In this document: positions 21,198-32,564 of the stretch, one piece after another
Layout: every line of letters starts with the position of its first letter
Numbering within the stretch: position 1 is the first letter of the stretch
DNA from: an uncultured Verrucomicrobiae bacterium
Lineage (GTDB): Bacteria > Verrucomicrobiota > Verrucomicrobiia > Palsa-1439
NCBI GenBank assembly: GCA_963812605.1
Contig: CAWEWF010000001.1
Coordinates: 96,001-160,000 of the forward strand
Direction: 5' to 3'
DNA: 64,000 bases
Position numbers and translations under genes: made by a program
Notes under the pieces: generated by a model
What the model was told of the DNA's origin: nothing
Database searches by the model: none
What the model saw: the letters and a program-made list of their open reading frames with translations, nothing else

Positions 21198-21311
21198 TTC
21201 GTGCCTGTCACTCACGGCATAACTCTCCGGCCTCATCATCATGGGGAAGCATACCTTATACCACTGGCTTGGGGCCAAGTTGTAACATACGGCCCTGTGA
21301 AATGCAACGCT

Positions 21312-22307
21312 TCAGTTACGTCCACGGCGATTAGCCTGAATGCCTTCCGCGCGCTGAAACTCGATGGTCATCCTCAAGATCTCATCGAGCGATTTTGTTG
21401 GCCGCCAGCCCATCAACTGGTAGATCTTGTCGATGCTTGGCACCCGCCGCCGCATGTCCTCGAAGCCCTTGGCATAGGCCTGGTCGTAAGGGATTAAGCG
21501 CAAATCGGATCGGCTCTCGGTCAGTTCCTTGACCCGCCGCGCCAGATCGAGGATCGAAACCTCCTCCGTGCTGCCGATGTTGTAGACCTGTCCGACGGCC
21601 CGAGGTTGTTTTGGCAACGCGGCTAACGCCCGCACAACGTCGGTTACATGGCAAAAGCAACGCGATTGTTTGCCGTCCCCGTGGATCGCGAACGGTTCAT
21701 CCCGGAGCGCGGCCTGCACAAATCGCGGCAGCACCATGCCATACCGGCCTGTCTGGCGCGGCCCGACGGTGTTAAAGAGCCTCACCACGAACACCGGCAT
21801 CTTCTTCTCGCGCCAATACGCCAGTGCCAGGAATTCGTCCAGTAATTTTGAGCAAGCGTAACTCCATCGCCCAAATGTCGGCGGGCCGATCAAGAGATCG
21901 TCATCTTCCCGAAAGCTTTCATGTTCGCTCTTTCCGTAAACCTCTGACGTGGAAGTCAGTAGCAACCCGGTTTTGCGCTTTGCGGCGGTGGCCAGGATGT
22001 TCTCGGTGCCGCGAATGTTGTTCTCGATGGTGAATACCGGACTGCGCACGACCAGTTCCACGCCCACCGCCGCCGCCAGGTGATAAATGAAGTCTACCTG
22101 GTCAACAAGGGGTTCAAGATCGGCGCTATTGAGAATGGAGCCTTGCGTGAAGTGAAAATTCGGATTGCCCCGCAGATGGGCGATGTTCGTGAGCGATCCC
22201 GTGCTCAAATCGTCGATGACGAAAACCTCCTTGCCTTCCGTCACCAAAGACTCCGCCAGGTGCGAACCGATAAAGCCAGCTCCGCCGGTGATTAACACAC
22301 GCTGCAC
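21312..22307 (-). CDS. NAD-dependent nucleotide-sugar epimerase/dehydratase
   Basis: TGGAGFIG, STSEVYG, YACSK, RLFNTVGPRQ. Confidence 0.92.
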   Translation of the reverse strand: MQRVLITGGAGFIGSHLAESLVTEGKEVFVIDDLSTGSLTNIAHLRGNPNFHFTQGSILNSADLEPLVDQVDFIYHLAAAVGVELVVRSPVFTIENNIRGTENILATAAKRKTGLLLTSTSEVYGKSEHESFREDDDLLIGPPTFGRWSYACSKLLDEFLALAYWREKKMPVFVVRLFNTVGPRQTGRYGMVLPRFVQAALRDEPFAIHGDGKQSRCFCHVTDVVRALAALPKQPRAVGQVYNIGSTEEVSILDLARRVKELTESRSDLRLIPYDQAYAKGFEDMRRRVPSIDKIYQLMGWRPTKSLDEILRMTIEFQRAEGIQANRRGRN

Positions 22308-22332
22308 GATGTGCTAAGGTATCCATTCTTGG

Positions 22333-23043
22333 ATGAAAAATCCACAGAAACATGCCTTGGTGATGCAGCACCACGTCTGCGAGGGTCTCGGTACCATCGC
22401 CGACGCCTTGGAACAGGCGCGCGTCATCCCACGTTTCATCCGTTCATTTAAAGGCGAGCCGATACCCAAAGAAATGGGGGACGCGGCCGGCCTCATCGTC
22501 ATGGGTGGACCGCAAAGCACATATGAACAGGCGAAGTTTCCCTATCTCCGTCAGGAGATCCGACTGATTGAAGATGCATTGGAGCACGCAAAACCCGTTC
22601 TTGGGGTCTGTCTCGGCAGCCAACTTCTCGCCGTGACACTCGGCGCAAAGGTCTATCCGGGAAGACATAAGGAAATCGGATGGAACAGAGTTACCCTTAC
22701 TGACTTTGCGGCCACCGACCTGTTGTTCGCAGGCGTCCCAAAATCATTCATCGGCTTCCACTGGCATGGCGACATCTTCGATCTTCCGCGTGGCAGTACT
22801 CCGCTGGCATCCTCCGCCCTCACCGCCAATCAAGCCTTCCGCCACGGCAATAACGCCTACGGCCTGCTCTTCCACATGGAAGTCACCCGGCCCCAGATCC
22901 ACACCATGGTAGACACCTTCGGCGACGAACTCCGACGCGCCGGCCTAAACGGTTCCGCCATCAAACTGAATGCCAACACTCATCTGCAACAACTCCAGAA
23001 GATCGGCCAGGAAGTTTTCTCGCGGTGGGCGGCTGCGCTCTAG
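22333..23043 (+). CDS. Class I glutamine amidotransferase-like protein
   Basis: MGGP, GVCLGSQ (catalytic Cys), WHGD, FHME. Confidence 0.9.
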   Translation: MKNPQKHALVMQHHVCEGLGTIADALEQARVIPRFIRSFKGEPIPKEMGDAAGLIVMGGPQSTYEQAKFPYLRQEIRLIEDALEHAKPVLGVCLGSQLLAVTLGAKVYPGRHKEIGWNRVTLTDFAATDLLFAGVPKSFIGFHWHGDIFDLPRGSTPLASSALTANQAFRHGNNAYGLLFHMEVTRPQIHTMVDTFGDELRRAGLNGSAIKLNANTHLQQLQKIGQEVFSRWAAAL

Positions 23044-23048
23044 TCTTC

Positions 23049-23810
23049 TTACCGGCTCTTCGGCACCTCGCGTCCGAGCTTCTGCAGGACGGATTTCATA
23101 TCCTCCCAGACTTCTTTCTTCGCAGGTGGGTTCCTCAAGAGGTAGGCGGGATGGAACGTCGGCATAATGGGGATGCCGCGGAAGGTGTACCAGTGGCCGC
23201 GCATCTTCGTGATGCCAAGATGTACATCCAACAAGGCGCGCACGGCGGTGGCGCCAAGGGCCACAATCACTTTTGGCTGGATGAATTCGATTTGTGACAG
23301 CAGGTACGGCAGGCAATTCGTCACTTCCTCGGGCAGTGGCGTGCGGTTCTGCGGCGGGCGACATTTCAGCACGTTGGCAATGTAAACTTCTTCGCGCTTG
23401 CAACCCATCGCGACGATGATCTTGGTGAGCAAATCGCCCGCCCGGCCCACGAACGGTATCCCTTGCAAATCTTCGTCATGTCCCGGCGCTTCCCCGACGA
23501 ACATGATTTCCGCGCGCGGACTGCCCACGCCAAAGACGACGCTGTTGCGGCAACGCGCCAACTCGCCGCACTTCACGCAGACCTTCGCGCGCGCTTCGAC
23601 GGCGGCCAGTTCGGTCGTGGGGTCGGCAGATATAGCCGCCGCTGTCCCCAGCGGCGAACTCGGGCCCGCCGCCGAGGCGTCGGCTGCTACAAAAGGCTTG
23701 CCCAATTCTTCAATCGTCCTGTTGGACACTTCAACATGCGTCACGCCGGAGCGCTTCAGGTCTTCCAGCACCTGGATGGTTCCGTCGATGATGTCGTTTA
23801 TCTCTCGCAC
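23049..23810 (-). CDS. Family 4 uracil-DNA glycosylase (Fe-S)
   Basis: [32 protein letters not shown]. Confidence 0.95.
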   Translation of the reverse strand: MREINDIIDGTIQVLEDLKRSGVTHVEVSNRTIEELGKPFVAADASAAGPSSPLGTAAAISADPTTELAAVEARAKVCVKCGELARCRNSVVFGVGSPRAEIMFVGEAPGHDEDLQGIPFVGRAGDLLTKIIVAMGCKREEVYIANVLKCRPPQNRTPLPEEVTNCLPYLLSQIEFIQPKVIVALGATAVRALLDVHLGITKMRGHWYTFRGIPIMPTFHPAYLLRNPPAKKEVWEDMKSVLQKLGREVPKSR

Positions 23811-24700
23811 ACCTTCACCATATCCTCCGGCACCGGCGCGGTGAACTCCACAAACTTTTGCGACCGCGGGTGCCTGAAGCCGAGTTTATAGGCGTGCAAC
23901 AACGGGCGGGCAACCGAAATATTCGTCGGGCGGGCGCGCCCGTACGTCGTATCGCCGAGAACGGGATGACCGATGTGCGCCATGTGGACGCGAATCTGGT
24001 GGGTGCGGCCAGTATGAATGTGCAGTTCCACCAGCGCAAAGTCGGCGAACTGCTTTAGCACACGGTAATCCGTCACCGCAGGCCGTCCTCGCGACGCGCT
24101 CGCCGACATTTTCTTGCGGTCGCGCTCGCTGCGGCCAATAACGGTTTCAATTCGGCCGCTCGGACGCGCGAATTTTCCCCAGCAAACCGCCCGGTAGATT
24201 TTCTTCACCTCACGGGATTTGAACTGCGCCACGAGTCCCTTGTGCGCCAGGTCGGTTTTTGCGACCACAATGCACCCGCTCGTGCCCTTGTCGAGCCGGT
24301 GCACGATGCCGGGACGTTCCACGCCACCAATCCCCGCCAGCGCGCCGCGACAATGATGCAGCAAGGCGTTGACGAGTGTATGTTCGTAGTTGCCTGCGGC
24401 GGGATGCACCACCAGACCGGCAGGTTTGTTTACGACGATCAGGTCGTCGTCTTCGAAAAGAATCTCCAACGCAATTTCTTCCGGCAAAGTTTCCAACGGG
24501 CGCGGCGGCGGAATTTCGACACGCACCTTGTCACCCACGCGCACCTTGTAACTGGCCTTGGCCGCGCCGCCATTGACGACGATATGGCCCTGCTCGATCA
24601 ACTTCTGCAGAAAGGCGCGGGAATGCTCCGTGAGTTCCTGTCGCAGAAATTGGTCGAGGCGTTGCCCCGCCACCGTCTTTGAAACAACGTGTGCCGACAT
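23798..24700 (-). CDS. rluD: RluA-family 23S rRNA pseudouridine synthase with S4 domain
   Basis: [35 protein letters not shown]. Confidence 0.9.
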   Translation of the reverse strand: MSAHVVSKTVAGQRLDQFLRQELTEHSRAFLQKLIEQGHIVVNGGAAKASYKVRVGDKVRVEIPPPRPLETLPEEIALEILFEDDDLIVVNKPAGLVVHPAAGNYEHTLVNALLHHCRGALAGIGGVERPGIVHRLDKGTSGCIVVAKTDLAHKGLVAQFKSREVKKIYRAVCWGKFARPSGRIETVIGRSERDRKKMSASASRGRPAVTDYRVLKQFADFALVELHIHTGRTHQIRVHMAHIGHPVLGDTTYGRARPTNISVARPLLHAYKLGFRHPRSQKFVEFTAPVPEDMVKVCER

Positions 24701-24717
24701 GTTCCCAATCAATAGTC

Positions 24718-25485
24718 TCACGCCGCGCGAAGTTTCACGGTTTTGGGCGTCAACGCCAGCGCGAGCGAAGCCACCACGATCATCGTGATCGCCACAATTT
24801 GCCCAATCGTCAAGACGCCGAAATAAAAGTTGTCGTAATCGCCCCGGAAAAATTCCACCAGCAAACGCAGCACCCCGTAGCTGAGCACGTACAGCCACCA
24901 CACCTGGCCGTCAAAGCGTTTGTGCCGGTAGAATAGGCTCAGTCCGCCGAAGATGGCCAGGTTGCCGAGCGCTTCGTAGATTTCCGTCGGATGCAGGGGG
25001 ACGCCTGCCATCACGTGCGGCGGCGGAAACGTCACGGCCCACGGCAGCGCGCACGGCCTCCCGTAACAGCAACCGTTAAAAAAGCAACCCATCCGACCGA
25101 AGGCGTGCCCCAGCGCAATCGATGGCGCGAAAATGTCCGCCAACTTCGCCAACGGCAACCCTTTCCGCCGCGTGTACATGACCGCGGCGAAGGTCGCGAA
25201 AATAAAGCCGCCGTAAAACACAAACCCTTCCCGTAGCGAGCGGATTCCGTCCGCGCGCCATCCCGCGATAAAATCGTCCCAGAAAAAAACGATATGAAAC
25301 AGTTTCCCGCCCAACATCCCCGCGATAATCAACCACACGCCAAGATCGCTGATCTGCTCGGCCGGTATTCCCTCACTACGCGCGCGCCGGCCCGCCACGG
25401 CCAACCCAATAATGAACCCGATCGCCACGAGCACGCCGTAGGTATGGATATCGAGCCGGCCGAGACGGATGAAGATGGGATGCAC
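24718..25485 (-). CDS. lgt: Prolipoprotein diacylglyceryl transferase
   Basis: FYGG, GRMGCFFNGCCYG, HPTEIYE, EFFRGD. Confidence 0.95.
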   Translation of the reverse strand: MHPIFIRLGRLDIHTYGVLVAIGFIIGLAVAGRRARSEGIPAEQISDLGVWLIIAGMLGGKLFHIVFFWDDFIAGWRADGIRSLREGFVFYGGFIFATFAAVMYTRRKGLPLAKLADIFAPSIALGHAFGRMGCFFNGCCYGRPCALPWAVTFPPPHVMAGVPLHPTEIYEALGNLAIFGGLSLFYRHKRFDGQVWWLYVLSYGVLRLLVEFFRGDYDNFYFGVLTIGQIVAITMIVVASLALALTPKTVKLRAA

Positions 25486-25494
25486 GGGACCTTC

Positions 25495-27024
25495 CTAGTA
25501 CTTCTCATCGAGCACGATATTATTTTTGTCGAGGATCGTGCCCTCCGCCAGGTCCAGGGCGACAATGGATTCATTATAATCAGCCTCGGCGCGGATTTCA
25601 GCGGAACGCGTGGTGGCCAGTTGCGATTGCGCCTGCAAGACCAAAAACGTTGTCGAGGTGCCCGCCAGCAGTTTTTTCTTCTCGGCGTCGAGCGACTCCT
25701 GCGCCAGGCGCGTGGCGGCGCGCGCGGCCTCGACGCTCTTCAGGTTCGTCTCCACGTGGCCGACCGCGTTGTCCACCCCCACGACAATGTCCTGCTCCAG
25801 CGACTTCAAACTGAGCACCGCCTGGTCGGCATCCAGACGGGCGATGTGATAGTTGGCGCGCGCCACACGGTTGCCCAACGGCACCGTGAGTAGGACACCA
25901 ATGGCCCAGGTCGGGGTGTTGCCCCCGGCCGTTCTCTCGGCAAATGTGTCGAAATCGCCACCCCGCCCGTTGGCCGCATAACTGCCCTGCAGGTCAATCT
26001 CCGGCCAGAGCTGGTTGCGGTCGAATTGTACGGTGATGTTCTGTTTTTCCAGGGCATGCTTCAAGCTGAGGTAGTCAGCGCGTTTTTCCAATGCGGTGGC
26101 CGTGCTGAGATCCACATCCATGGCGACCATTTGCACCAGCGGATAATCCACGGGCACGAGCGACACGCCGCGAAATTCCACGACCCGCTGGCAGATCAGG
26201 CGCTTCAACGTGTTCTCGTTGTCCTTGATCGCGCGATCCGTGGTGATGACGGTCTGTTCGCTCTCCGCGACGCCAGCTTCGGCCTGGATCACGTCCAAGG
26301 GCGACATGGTGCCGACCTGTTCCCGCTTGCGATTCTCGTCGAGCAATTGCTGGGCGAGCGCGCGCGTTTCGAGGGCGGATTTGTGGTTCTCGATAGCGAA
26401 GATCAACTCATAGTAGGCGGTGCTCACGTCGTTGATCTTGCTCATCACGAGCTGGATAAAAGTCTGCAGGGCAACCGACTGGCTCTCACGCGCAATGCGG
26501 ATATTCGCCGAGTTGACCCCCAATCCAAAGTTTTTCAATACTGGTTGCGTCAAACTGACTCCCGCCGAGCCGGTGTATACGAAGTTGCTGGTCAAATCAC
26601 CAGATGTGCGCGTGCTGTTCCCGGACAGATCATAACTGGCTCCCGTGGGCAGCTTCCCTGCGAGGCCGACGCTGGAATTCAACTGCTGCTGCTTGAGCGA
26701 GGAAAGTCCGAGCGACTTCACCTGGGTGGGATCCAGTGGTGTGTCGGAGTCCTGATAATTGATCCCGCCCGAAAGCGCCGGATCGTACACGCCTTGGGCG
26801 CCGATTACACCCCAGGAACCGATCGAGGGGTTGATGCGCTCGGACTTGATCTCGAGGTTGTTTTCCAAGGCGCGGTCAATGCACTCCCGCAGCGTCAGCG
26901 ACTTGGTCTGGTTGGTGACGTCGCCATCGGCGCGGGCGGTGGACGCCGCCAGCAGCAGGGCCAGCATGGCGACGAAAGGTTTCCAGCGGGTAACGGCCAA
27001 CAGGGTGCGGATGGATTTATTCAT
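25495..27024 (-). CDS. TolC-family outer membrane protein
   Basis: Signal peptide, LTLRECIDRALENN, repeated OEP helices; last gene of the ABC export operon. Confidence 0.9.
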   Translation of the reverse strand: MNKSIRTLLAVTRWKPFVAMLALLLAASTARADGDVTNQTKSLTLRECIDRALENNLEIKSERINPSIGSWGVIGAQGVYDPALSGGINYQDSDTPLDPTQVKSLGLSSLKQQQLNSSVGLAGKLPTGASYDLSGNSTRTSGDLTSNFVYTGSAGVSLTQPVLKNFGLGVNSANIRIARESQSVALQTFIQLVMSKINDVSTAYYELIFAIENHKSALETRALAQQLLDENRKREQVGTMSPLDVIQAEAGVAESEQTVITTDRAIKDNENTLKRLICQRVVEFRGVSLVPVDYPLVQMVAMDVDLSTATALEKRADYLSLKHALEKQNITVQFDRNQLWPEIDLQGSYAANGRGGDFDTFAERTAGGNTPTWAIGVLLTVPLGNRVARANYHIARLDADQAVLSLKSLEQDIVVGVDNAVGHVETNLKSVEAARAATRLAQESLDAEKKKLLAGTSTTFLVLQAQSQLATTRSAEIRAEADYNESIVALDLAEGTILDKNNIVLDEKY

Positions 27025-28234
27025 AGCGTAACGCATCGATCGGATCGAGATTAGAGGCCTTCCGCGCCGGGTAAAAGCCGAAAAACACGCCGACCGCCGC
27101 GCTGAACAGAAACGCCACGGTAACCAACGTCACCGAGATCAGCGTGGGCCAGCCCGCTACCGCCGACAAGAACTTGGCCGCACCCACGCCCAGCAGAATT
27201 CCAATGATGCCCCCCAACGAACTGAGCGTGATGGCTTCAATGAGAAACTGCAGCAAAATATCTCGTCCGTGGGCGCCGACCGCCATGCGAATGCCGATCT
27301 CGCGCGTGCGCTCCGTGACGCTGACCAGCATGATATTCATGATGCCGATGCCGCCGACAACCAGGGATACGCAGGCAATGCTCGCCAACAACATCGTCAT
27401 CACGCGCGTCGTGGCGGTCGCGGCATCCGCGATTTCTTGCTGGCCGCGAATGGTGAAATCATCGTCCCGGCCCTGGCCAAGGCGGTGGCGTTGGCGAAGC
27501 AGGTCGGAAACACCGCGCTGGAGGCTGTCAGAAACGGCCGGCGAGGCCGCCTGGATGGTAATCATGCTCAAGTTGGTGCGCTTGGAAACCCGCTTCATCT
27601 CGCTGGTGTAGGGAACGATGATGACATCGTCCTGGTCCGTGTTCATGACCGAAAGTCCCTTGGGGGTCAGTACGCCGAGGATCTTGAACGGGATATCACG
27701 GATGCGCACGATTTGGCCAACCGGGTCCTCGTTCGGAAAAAGTTGGTTGACGATGGTTTTGCCAATGATGCACACCTTGGCCGTGCTGCGCACGTCCTGA
27801 TCCGTAAACATCGCCCCGTCGTCAAGCGCCCATTCACGGATATCCAGGTATTCAGGGCCTTCCCCGAGAATCTGGGTGTTCCAATTCAAGCCGTTCGCGA
27901 GGACCTGCTGGCGATCGCGAACTTCCGGGCTCACGCTAACCACCCCCGGCACCTCGCGGGCAATGGCGTTCGCGTCATCGACGGTCATCGTGCCCGCGCC
28001 ACCCCAGCCGCTCCGCGCGCCGCTGCTGGAAAAATTGCCCGAGAAAACCAGGATAACGTTTTGCCCGAGGCTGGCGATTTGCGCCTCGACCTGTGACTTC
28101 GCGCCGGTGCCGATCCCCACCATCGCAATCACCGCGCTGACGCCGATGATGATCCCCAGCGCCGTGAGCGTGGAGCGCAGTTTGTTGCGCCGCAGGGCGC
28201 GCAAGGCCAAACGAAACGTGGCGGCGATTCTCAT
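27017..28234 (-). CDS. MacB/YknZ-type ABC permease
   Basis: RSTLTALGIIIG, VGGIGIMNIMLVSVTERTREIGIR, ALRYE. Confidence 0.95.
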   Translation of the reverse strand: MRIAATFRLALRALRRNKLRSTLTALGIIIGVSAVIAMVGIGTGAKSQVEAQIASLGQNVILVFSGNFSSSGARSGWGGAGTMTVDDANAIAREVPGVVSVSPEVRDRQQVLANGLNWNTQILGEGPEYLDIREWALDDGAMFTDQDVRSTAKVCIIGKTIVNQLFPNEDPVGQIVRIRDIPFKILGVLTPKGLSVMNTDQDDVIIVPYTSEMKRVSKRTNLSMITIQAASPAVSDSLQRGVSDLLRQRHRLGQGRDDDFTIRGQQEIADAATATTRVMTMLLASIACVSLVVGGIGIMNIMLVSVTERTREIGIRMAVGAHGRDILLQFLIEAITLSSLGGIIGILLGVGAAKFLSAVAGWPTLISVTLVTVAFLFSAAVGVFFGFYPARKASNLDPIDALRYE

Positions 28235-28992
28235 GACGAAAGTTTAACGGCTTGCTGGGCCTCGTGCAGGTTGCGAAGTTCCACCTCGGCCAGCAACCGC
28301 TTTTGGACCACCACATCGTTGACCACCACCCCGTCGCGCATGATAATGTTACGCTTCGTGTAGGAAGCGATATCAAGTTCGTGGGTCACCATGACGATGG
28401 TGATGCCCTCGTTGTTGAGTTTCTGAAATACACCCATCACCTCCACACTGGTGCGGGTGTCGAGATTGCCCGTCGGCTCATCCGCCAGCAACACCGCGGG
28501 ACTATTCACCAGCGCGCGCGCGATGGCCACGCGTTGTTGTTGGCCGCCGGACAGTTGGTTCGGATAATGATCCGCCCGATCCGAAAGACCCACGATTTCC
28601 AGCGCATGCAAGGCGAGGTCGCGCTGCTGGGCGGAGGCGACATGGTCGTGCGTGTAGAGCATCGGCAGTTCGACGTTCTCCAGCGCGGAGGTGCGTGACA
28701 ACAGGTTGAAACCCTGGAAGACGAAACCCAGTTTCTTGTTGCGAATCGCGGCCAGTTCGTCGCGGTCCAGGTGCGAAACATCGACGCCGTCGAGAAAGTA
28801 ACGGCCTTCCGTGGGGCGGTCGAGACAGCCGATGACGTTCATCATCGTGGATTTACCCGAACCACTGGCACCCATGATGGCGACGAACTCGCCCGGCATG
28901 ATCTTCAGGGAGACGCCACGCACCGCATGCACATCCACCTCACCGGTGTGGTAGATTTTGTGGACGTCTTCGAGTTTGATGACTTCTGTCAC
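28231..28992 (-). CDS. ABC transporter ATP-binding protein (MacB/LolD-like)
   Basis: [31 protein letters not shown]. Confidence 0.95.
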   Translation of the reverse strand: MTEVIKLEDVHKIYHTGEVDVHAVRGVSLKIMPGEFVAIMGASGSGKSTMMNVIGCLDRPTEGRYFLDGVDVSHLDRDELAAIRNKKLGFVFQGFNLLSRTSALENVELPMLYTHDHVASAQQRDLALHALEIVGLSDRADHYPNQLSGGQQQRVAIARALVNSPAVLLADEPTGNLDTRTSVEVMGVFQKLNNEGITIVMVTHELDIASYTKRNIIMRDGVVVNDVVVQKRLLAEVELRNLHEAQQAVKLSS

Positions 28993-29007
28993 GTGTGCCT
29001 CACTTCC

Positions 29008-30231
29008 TTAAAACCGCCGTGGCCCGCCGAACGGGCTGGCGGCCGCCCCGAAACCGCCCGACTGTTTGTAGATGGCGGATGTAATAACCTTGTTGCTTTC
29101 GCTCAAACCATCCGTCACCTCGGTATAGATCCCGTCACTAATGCCCAACTTGACCTGGACCGGTTCCAGTTTGTCGTCTTTGAGAGTGTAAACGGTGCGG
29201 GTTGGCCGGTGCTCCCCCTTGGGACGCGAGCCGGAAGCGCCACCGGCAGACGAGCCACCCCCACCCGGTCGTGGCGCTGCATTGGTGCTGGGTCCCGACT
29301 CCGGGGGATGAAAGCGCAGCGCCGAGTTGGGGACCCGCAAGACGCCGTCGTGTTCCGCGACAATAACTGAGACATTCGCGGTCATGCCGGGCTTGAGTTT
29401 CAAATCCGGATTATTCACCGCAATCACCGTGTCATACGTGACCACGTTTTGAACGGTGAGCGGCGAGTTGCGGACCTGGACGACTTCACCATGAAACGTG
29501 CGGTTCGGAAACGCGTCCACTGTAAAGTCCACATTCTGGTGTTCCTCGACGCCGCCAACATCGGCTTCGGCCACATTGGCGTCGATCTGCATTTTGGTGA
29601 GATCATTGGCGATGACGAACAACACCGGCGCGTTGAAGCTGGCCGCGACGGTCTGCCCCACGTCCACATTGCGCGAAATGACCATCCCGTCCACGGGAGA
29701 ATAAATCGTGCAGTACTGTAAATCCACCTGGGACTTCTCGACTGCGGCCTGCTTCATCTCAATGGTCGCCGCAGCCTGGTGCAGATTGGCCATCGCCTGA
29801 TCGTAGTCGGAATGCGGGATCAGTTTGCTTTCGTACAACTCCTGGGCGCGCACCGCATTGACCTTCGTGAGTTCCAGGGCGGCTTGCGAGTTGGCGAGGT
29901 CGCCCTGGGCCTGATGCAGGTTGGCCAGATACGTCGCTGGGTCGATCTGCGCAACCAACTGGCCATTGGTCACGGGTGAATTCCAGTCCGCATAGAGCTT
30001 GGCGATCGTTCCGGAAATCTGGCAGCCCACCTGCACATTGGTGACAGGATTGAGCTGACCCGTAGCGGTGACAAGTTGTGTCACATCGCCGCGCGCAACC
30101 GCAGCTGTCAGGTACTGCGGAGCGCTGTCGCGGCGGTATTTCACGTACCAAAGGCCAATGGCCGCCAACACGACCACGGCCCCGATGAGAACCACCCATT
30201 TCCAAGACCGCTTTTTCTTTGTGTTTGCCAT
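29008..30231 (-). CDS. MacA-type periplasmic adaptor
   Basis: N-terminal TM, VQVGCQISG, NVDVGQTVAASF, LKPGMTA. Confidence 0.93.
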   Translation of the reverse strand: MANTKKKRSWKWVVLIGAVVVLAAIGLWYVKYRRDSAPQYLTAAVARGDVTQLVTATGQLNPVTNVQVGCQISGTIAKLYADWNSPVTNGQLVAQIDPATYLANLHQAQGDLANSQAALELTKVNAVRAQELYESKLIPHSDYDQAMANLHQAAATIEMKQAAVEKSQVDLQYCTIYSPVDGMVISRNVDVGQTVAASFNAPVLFVIANDLTKMQIDANVAEADVGGVEEHQNVDFTVDAFPNRTFHGEVVQVRNSPLTVQNVVTYDTVIAVNNPDLKLKPGMTANVSVIVAEHDGVLRVPNSALRFHPPESGPSTNAAPRPGGGGSSAGGASGSRPKGEHRPTRTVYTLKDDKLEPVQVKLGISDGIYTEVTDGLSESNKVITSAIYKQSGGFGAAASPFGGPRRF

Positions 30232-30346
30232 CTCCAAATCCCAAATTCGTCCGTGTTCCTGCCGGTCCTTATTCTGCCAAAAGACGTAAATTATCGCCGC
30301 AAGGTTACAACAATCATCGCCATATGTCCCGCAAGGAAATCTTCGT

Positions 30347-30964
30347 TTACCTCGCGGCCGGGCTTCCTTCCACGGGCGTCTCGAACCGCACCGTTTCCAC
30401 ACCCGTGGCGTGAAGGAATTCCCAGATCGCTTTCTGGGCGTTCTGCTGCGCGTTGCTGAGAATGCCCGTCTCCACTGCGGCGGCTTGCACTGCCTCCAGC
30501 GCCGCGAGCCGCGCTTTCTGTTCCAGTTCCGGATTGAACGGCACCCACGGCGTCCACCACGTCTTCGAGCGGTCCCATACCCGCGTCTGTTTCTCGTCCA
30601 CGTACACGTGGAGGACTTTCGCCGCTGGAAGCCGGGCGGTGACCGTGTTGTTCGCGGTTACTTGTATGTCGTTTGTGCCCAAGGCGGCCAGATCGACACC
30701 GCCCAGCACGTCCGCCTGCACCATCAATAATACCTGCTCGGAGCCGAACGGCACCTTTTCTTCTTTCAAGCCGATGACCTTTTGGATGCTGTATTTCACC
30801 GTGACCAGTTCGTTCAACCGCTGGATTTCCCTCACCACCGCGGGTGGATCCAGCACACGGTGCACGACCGCCTCGCGACGTCCGAAGTAATACAGGTAAA
30901 CGCACGCGCCGCTGAGCACGAGGATGACCGTGCTGACCGTGTAGCACTTGATTTTCTTCCACAT
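30347..30964 (-). CDS. DUF4230-like membrane-anchored protein
   Basis: TM anchor, VREIQRLNELVTVKY, GGVDL, GILSNAQQNA. Confidence 0.7.
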   Translation of the reverse strand: MWKKIKCYTVSTVILVLSGACVYLYYFGRREAVVHRVLDPPAVVREIQRLNELVTVKYSIQKVIGLKEEKVPFGSEQVLLMVQADVLGGVDLAALGTNDIQVTANNTVTARLPAAKVLHVYVDEKQTRVWDRSKTWWTPWVPFNPELEQKARLAALEAVQAAAVETGILSNAQQNAQKAIWEFLHATGVETVRFETPVEGSPAAR

Positions 30965-30984
30965 GGGTGTTGGGCGCCTTGCGC

Positions 30985-31500
30985 CTACCAACTCCTTCGG
31001 CGAAACGAACGGAACTCTCCGTTTCGCAGATGCGTTTCGAATGGTTCCTCGTTCTTCACCAGAACCATGTAGTTTTGGCCCACCAACAGCGCCACCCGGC
31101 CCGCAAACGCATCGTCGGGCACCGTAAAGCTGAGCATCTCCCGGTCTAAGACACCGTTGGCGGGCAATTTGATCAATTCCACCTGCGTGCCCGTGGTTGA
31201 CGGCAGGAAATAATCCTTGTCGCGATCGACGAGGACAAACCAGTTCCGGCTCAGGGTCACGTCGTAAGCATTGGGATTCTGCAATCGCAAGTACACAATC
31301 AATACACAGCCCGTTTCGGCCTTTCCCACCGCCGCCTCGGTCAACTGCACGATGTAATTCGTTCCGCCGTACGTCTGTACGGTGTGGGGCTCGCGGAATT
31401 CCTTCGCTTCCCGAATCCGCAGCATCGCCAGCAGCCCGAGGCTGATGCCAATGGTGGCCACGGCGACCAGCGCCACCAGAATCTGAATGCGCCGGCTCAT
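30985..31500 (-). CDS. Hypothetical membrane-anchored protein (Ig-like fold possible)
   Basis: N-terminal TM followed by a beta-rich region; co-oriented in the operon. Confidence 0.6.
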   Translation of the reverse strand: MSRRIQILVALVAVATIGISLGLLAMLRIREAKEFREPHTVQTYGGTNYIVQLTEAAVGKAETGCVLIVYLRLQNPNAYDVTLSRNWFVLVDRDKDYFLPSTTGTQVELIKLPANGVLDREMLSFTVPDDAFAGRVALLVGQNYMVLVKNEEPFETHLRNGEFRSFRRRSW

Positions 31501-31596
31501 ACCGCCAATACCGGCGCGCCACGCGAAAGAATTGCCATGATATCTTGCACAAACCTCCTTGAACGCCGGCGCCAAATGGTGACAGGGGCCGTTGCG

Positions 31597-32433
31597 CTAT
31601 GGCGTGACCGGGTTCGACTCTGTCGAACGCGCCTGCATCTCGGCTTTCATCTGGTCCGCGTACGCGCGCGCGCCGTCATCCGCGAACGACGATCGCAAAC
31701 CATCCAGCACCCGAATCCGCCGCGGATAATCGGGCTTGAAATGCGGCGGCGCCGGCACCGGGACCACCCGTCCAAAAGTCACCGGAAAACTCGGATTGGC
31801 CAGACCGTCCACTGCGGCATTGAGGACCCGCGCGTCCGCATTCGGGTCCGCAGCCAGTCCGTGCAAGAGTTGTTCTGCGTCAGGGTTGACCTCCAGCGTG
31901 GCCGCGAGATAACGCGTCGCTTCGACCAGGTTGGGCAGCGTCAACGCTCCGGAACGCCACACCCGCGTCAAGGTGCCCGCCTGGTCCTGGTCGGCCAGCA
32001 GTGCCACCGCCTCCAGCGCCCGGCGATTGTTCCGCAACGCCAACTTCTCCAATTGGGGCAAAGCCGTCACGTCCCCGCCGGCCACGGCCTGCTCCATCCA
32101 GCTTTCCGAGGCAACCTCGGGCACAGCGGGTGCCGCCTCATTTGTCCCGGGCAGGTAAGGAATACGGCGAGGGGTTGCAACCACGGCCTGTGTCTCGAGA
32201 TTGCTTTTGAGGATCGAGGCGGTCTCCTTCAGGCGCTGGACTTCGGCGTTGAGTCGCGCGTTCTCCTGCTGCAATAGGCGAAGCTGTTCGGTTTCCGCGG
32301 AGAGATCGGAATTCGTGGCGGGCAAGGCCCCACTGCGCGCGCGCTCCGATCCCTGTATATAAAACAGTCCGATCGCCGCAATGACCGCCGCTCCCGTCCA
32401 TAATCCAATCGAAAATGCCGCCGCCGGTTTCAT
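31597..32433 (-). CDS. Hypothetical membrane-anchored protein with coiled coil and helical repeats
   Basis: TM, LQQENARLNAEVQRLKE coiled coil, Ala/Leu-rich helices. Confidence 0.6.
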   Translation of the reverse strand: MKPAAAFSIGLWTGAAVIAAIGLFYIQGSERARSGALPATNSDLSAETEQLRLLQQENARLNAEVQRLKETASILKSNLETQAVVATPRRIPYLPGTNEAAPAVPEVASESWMEQAVAGGDVTALPQLEKLALRNNRRALEAVALLADQDQAGTLTRVWRSGALTLPNLVEATRYLAATLEVNPDAEQLLHGLAADPNADARVLNAAVDGLANPSFPVTFGRVVPVPAPPHFKPDYPRRIRVLDGLRSSFADDGARAYADQMKAEMQARSTESNPVTP

Positions 32434-32564
32434 ATTCCGCCGCGATCTCCTGCGGGGCCACTATAGCCGCGCCGGGCCCGGCGCGGAAGCGAAATCCCGA
32501 AGCGCCAGCGAGGAGCAGTGCGAAGTATGCGCGGCACTCCCTCAATCCGCCATGCCGCGTGAAT

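Noticed and set aside
31523-31537. Sigma-54-like promoter TGGCAATTCTTTCGC on the minus strand near the NtrC gene
   Set aside because: GG-N10-GC spacing fits, but the -12 element is imperfect and such matches arise by chance
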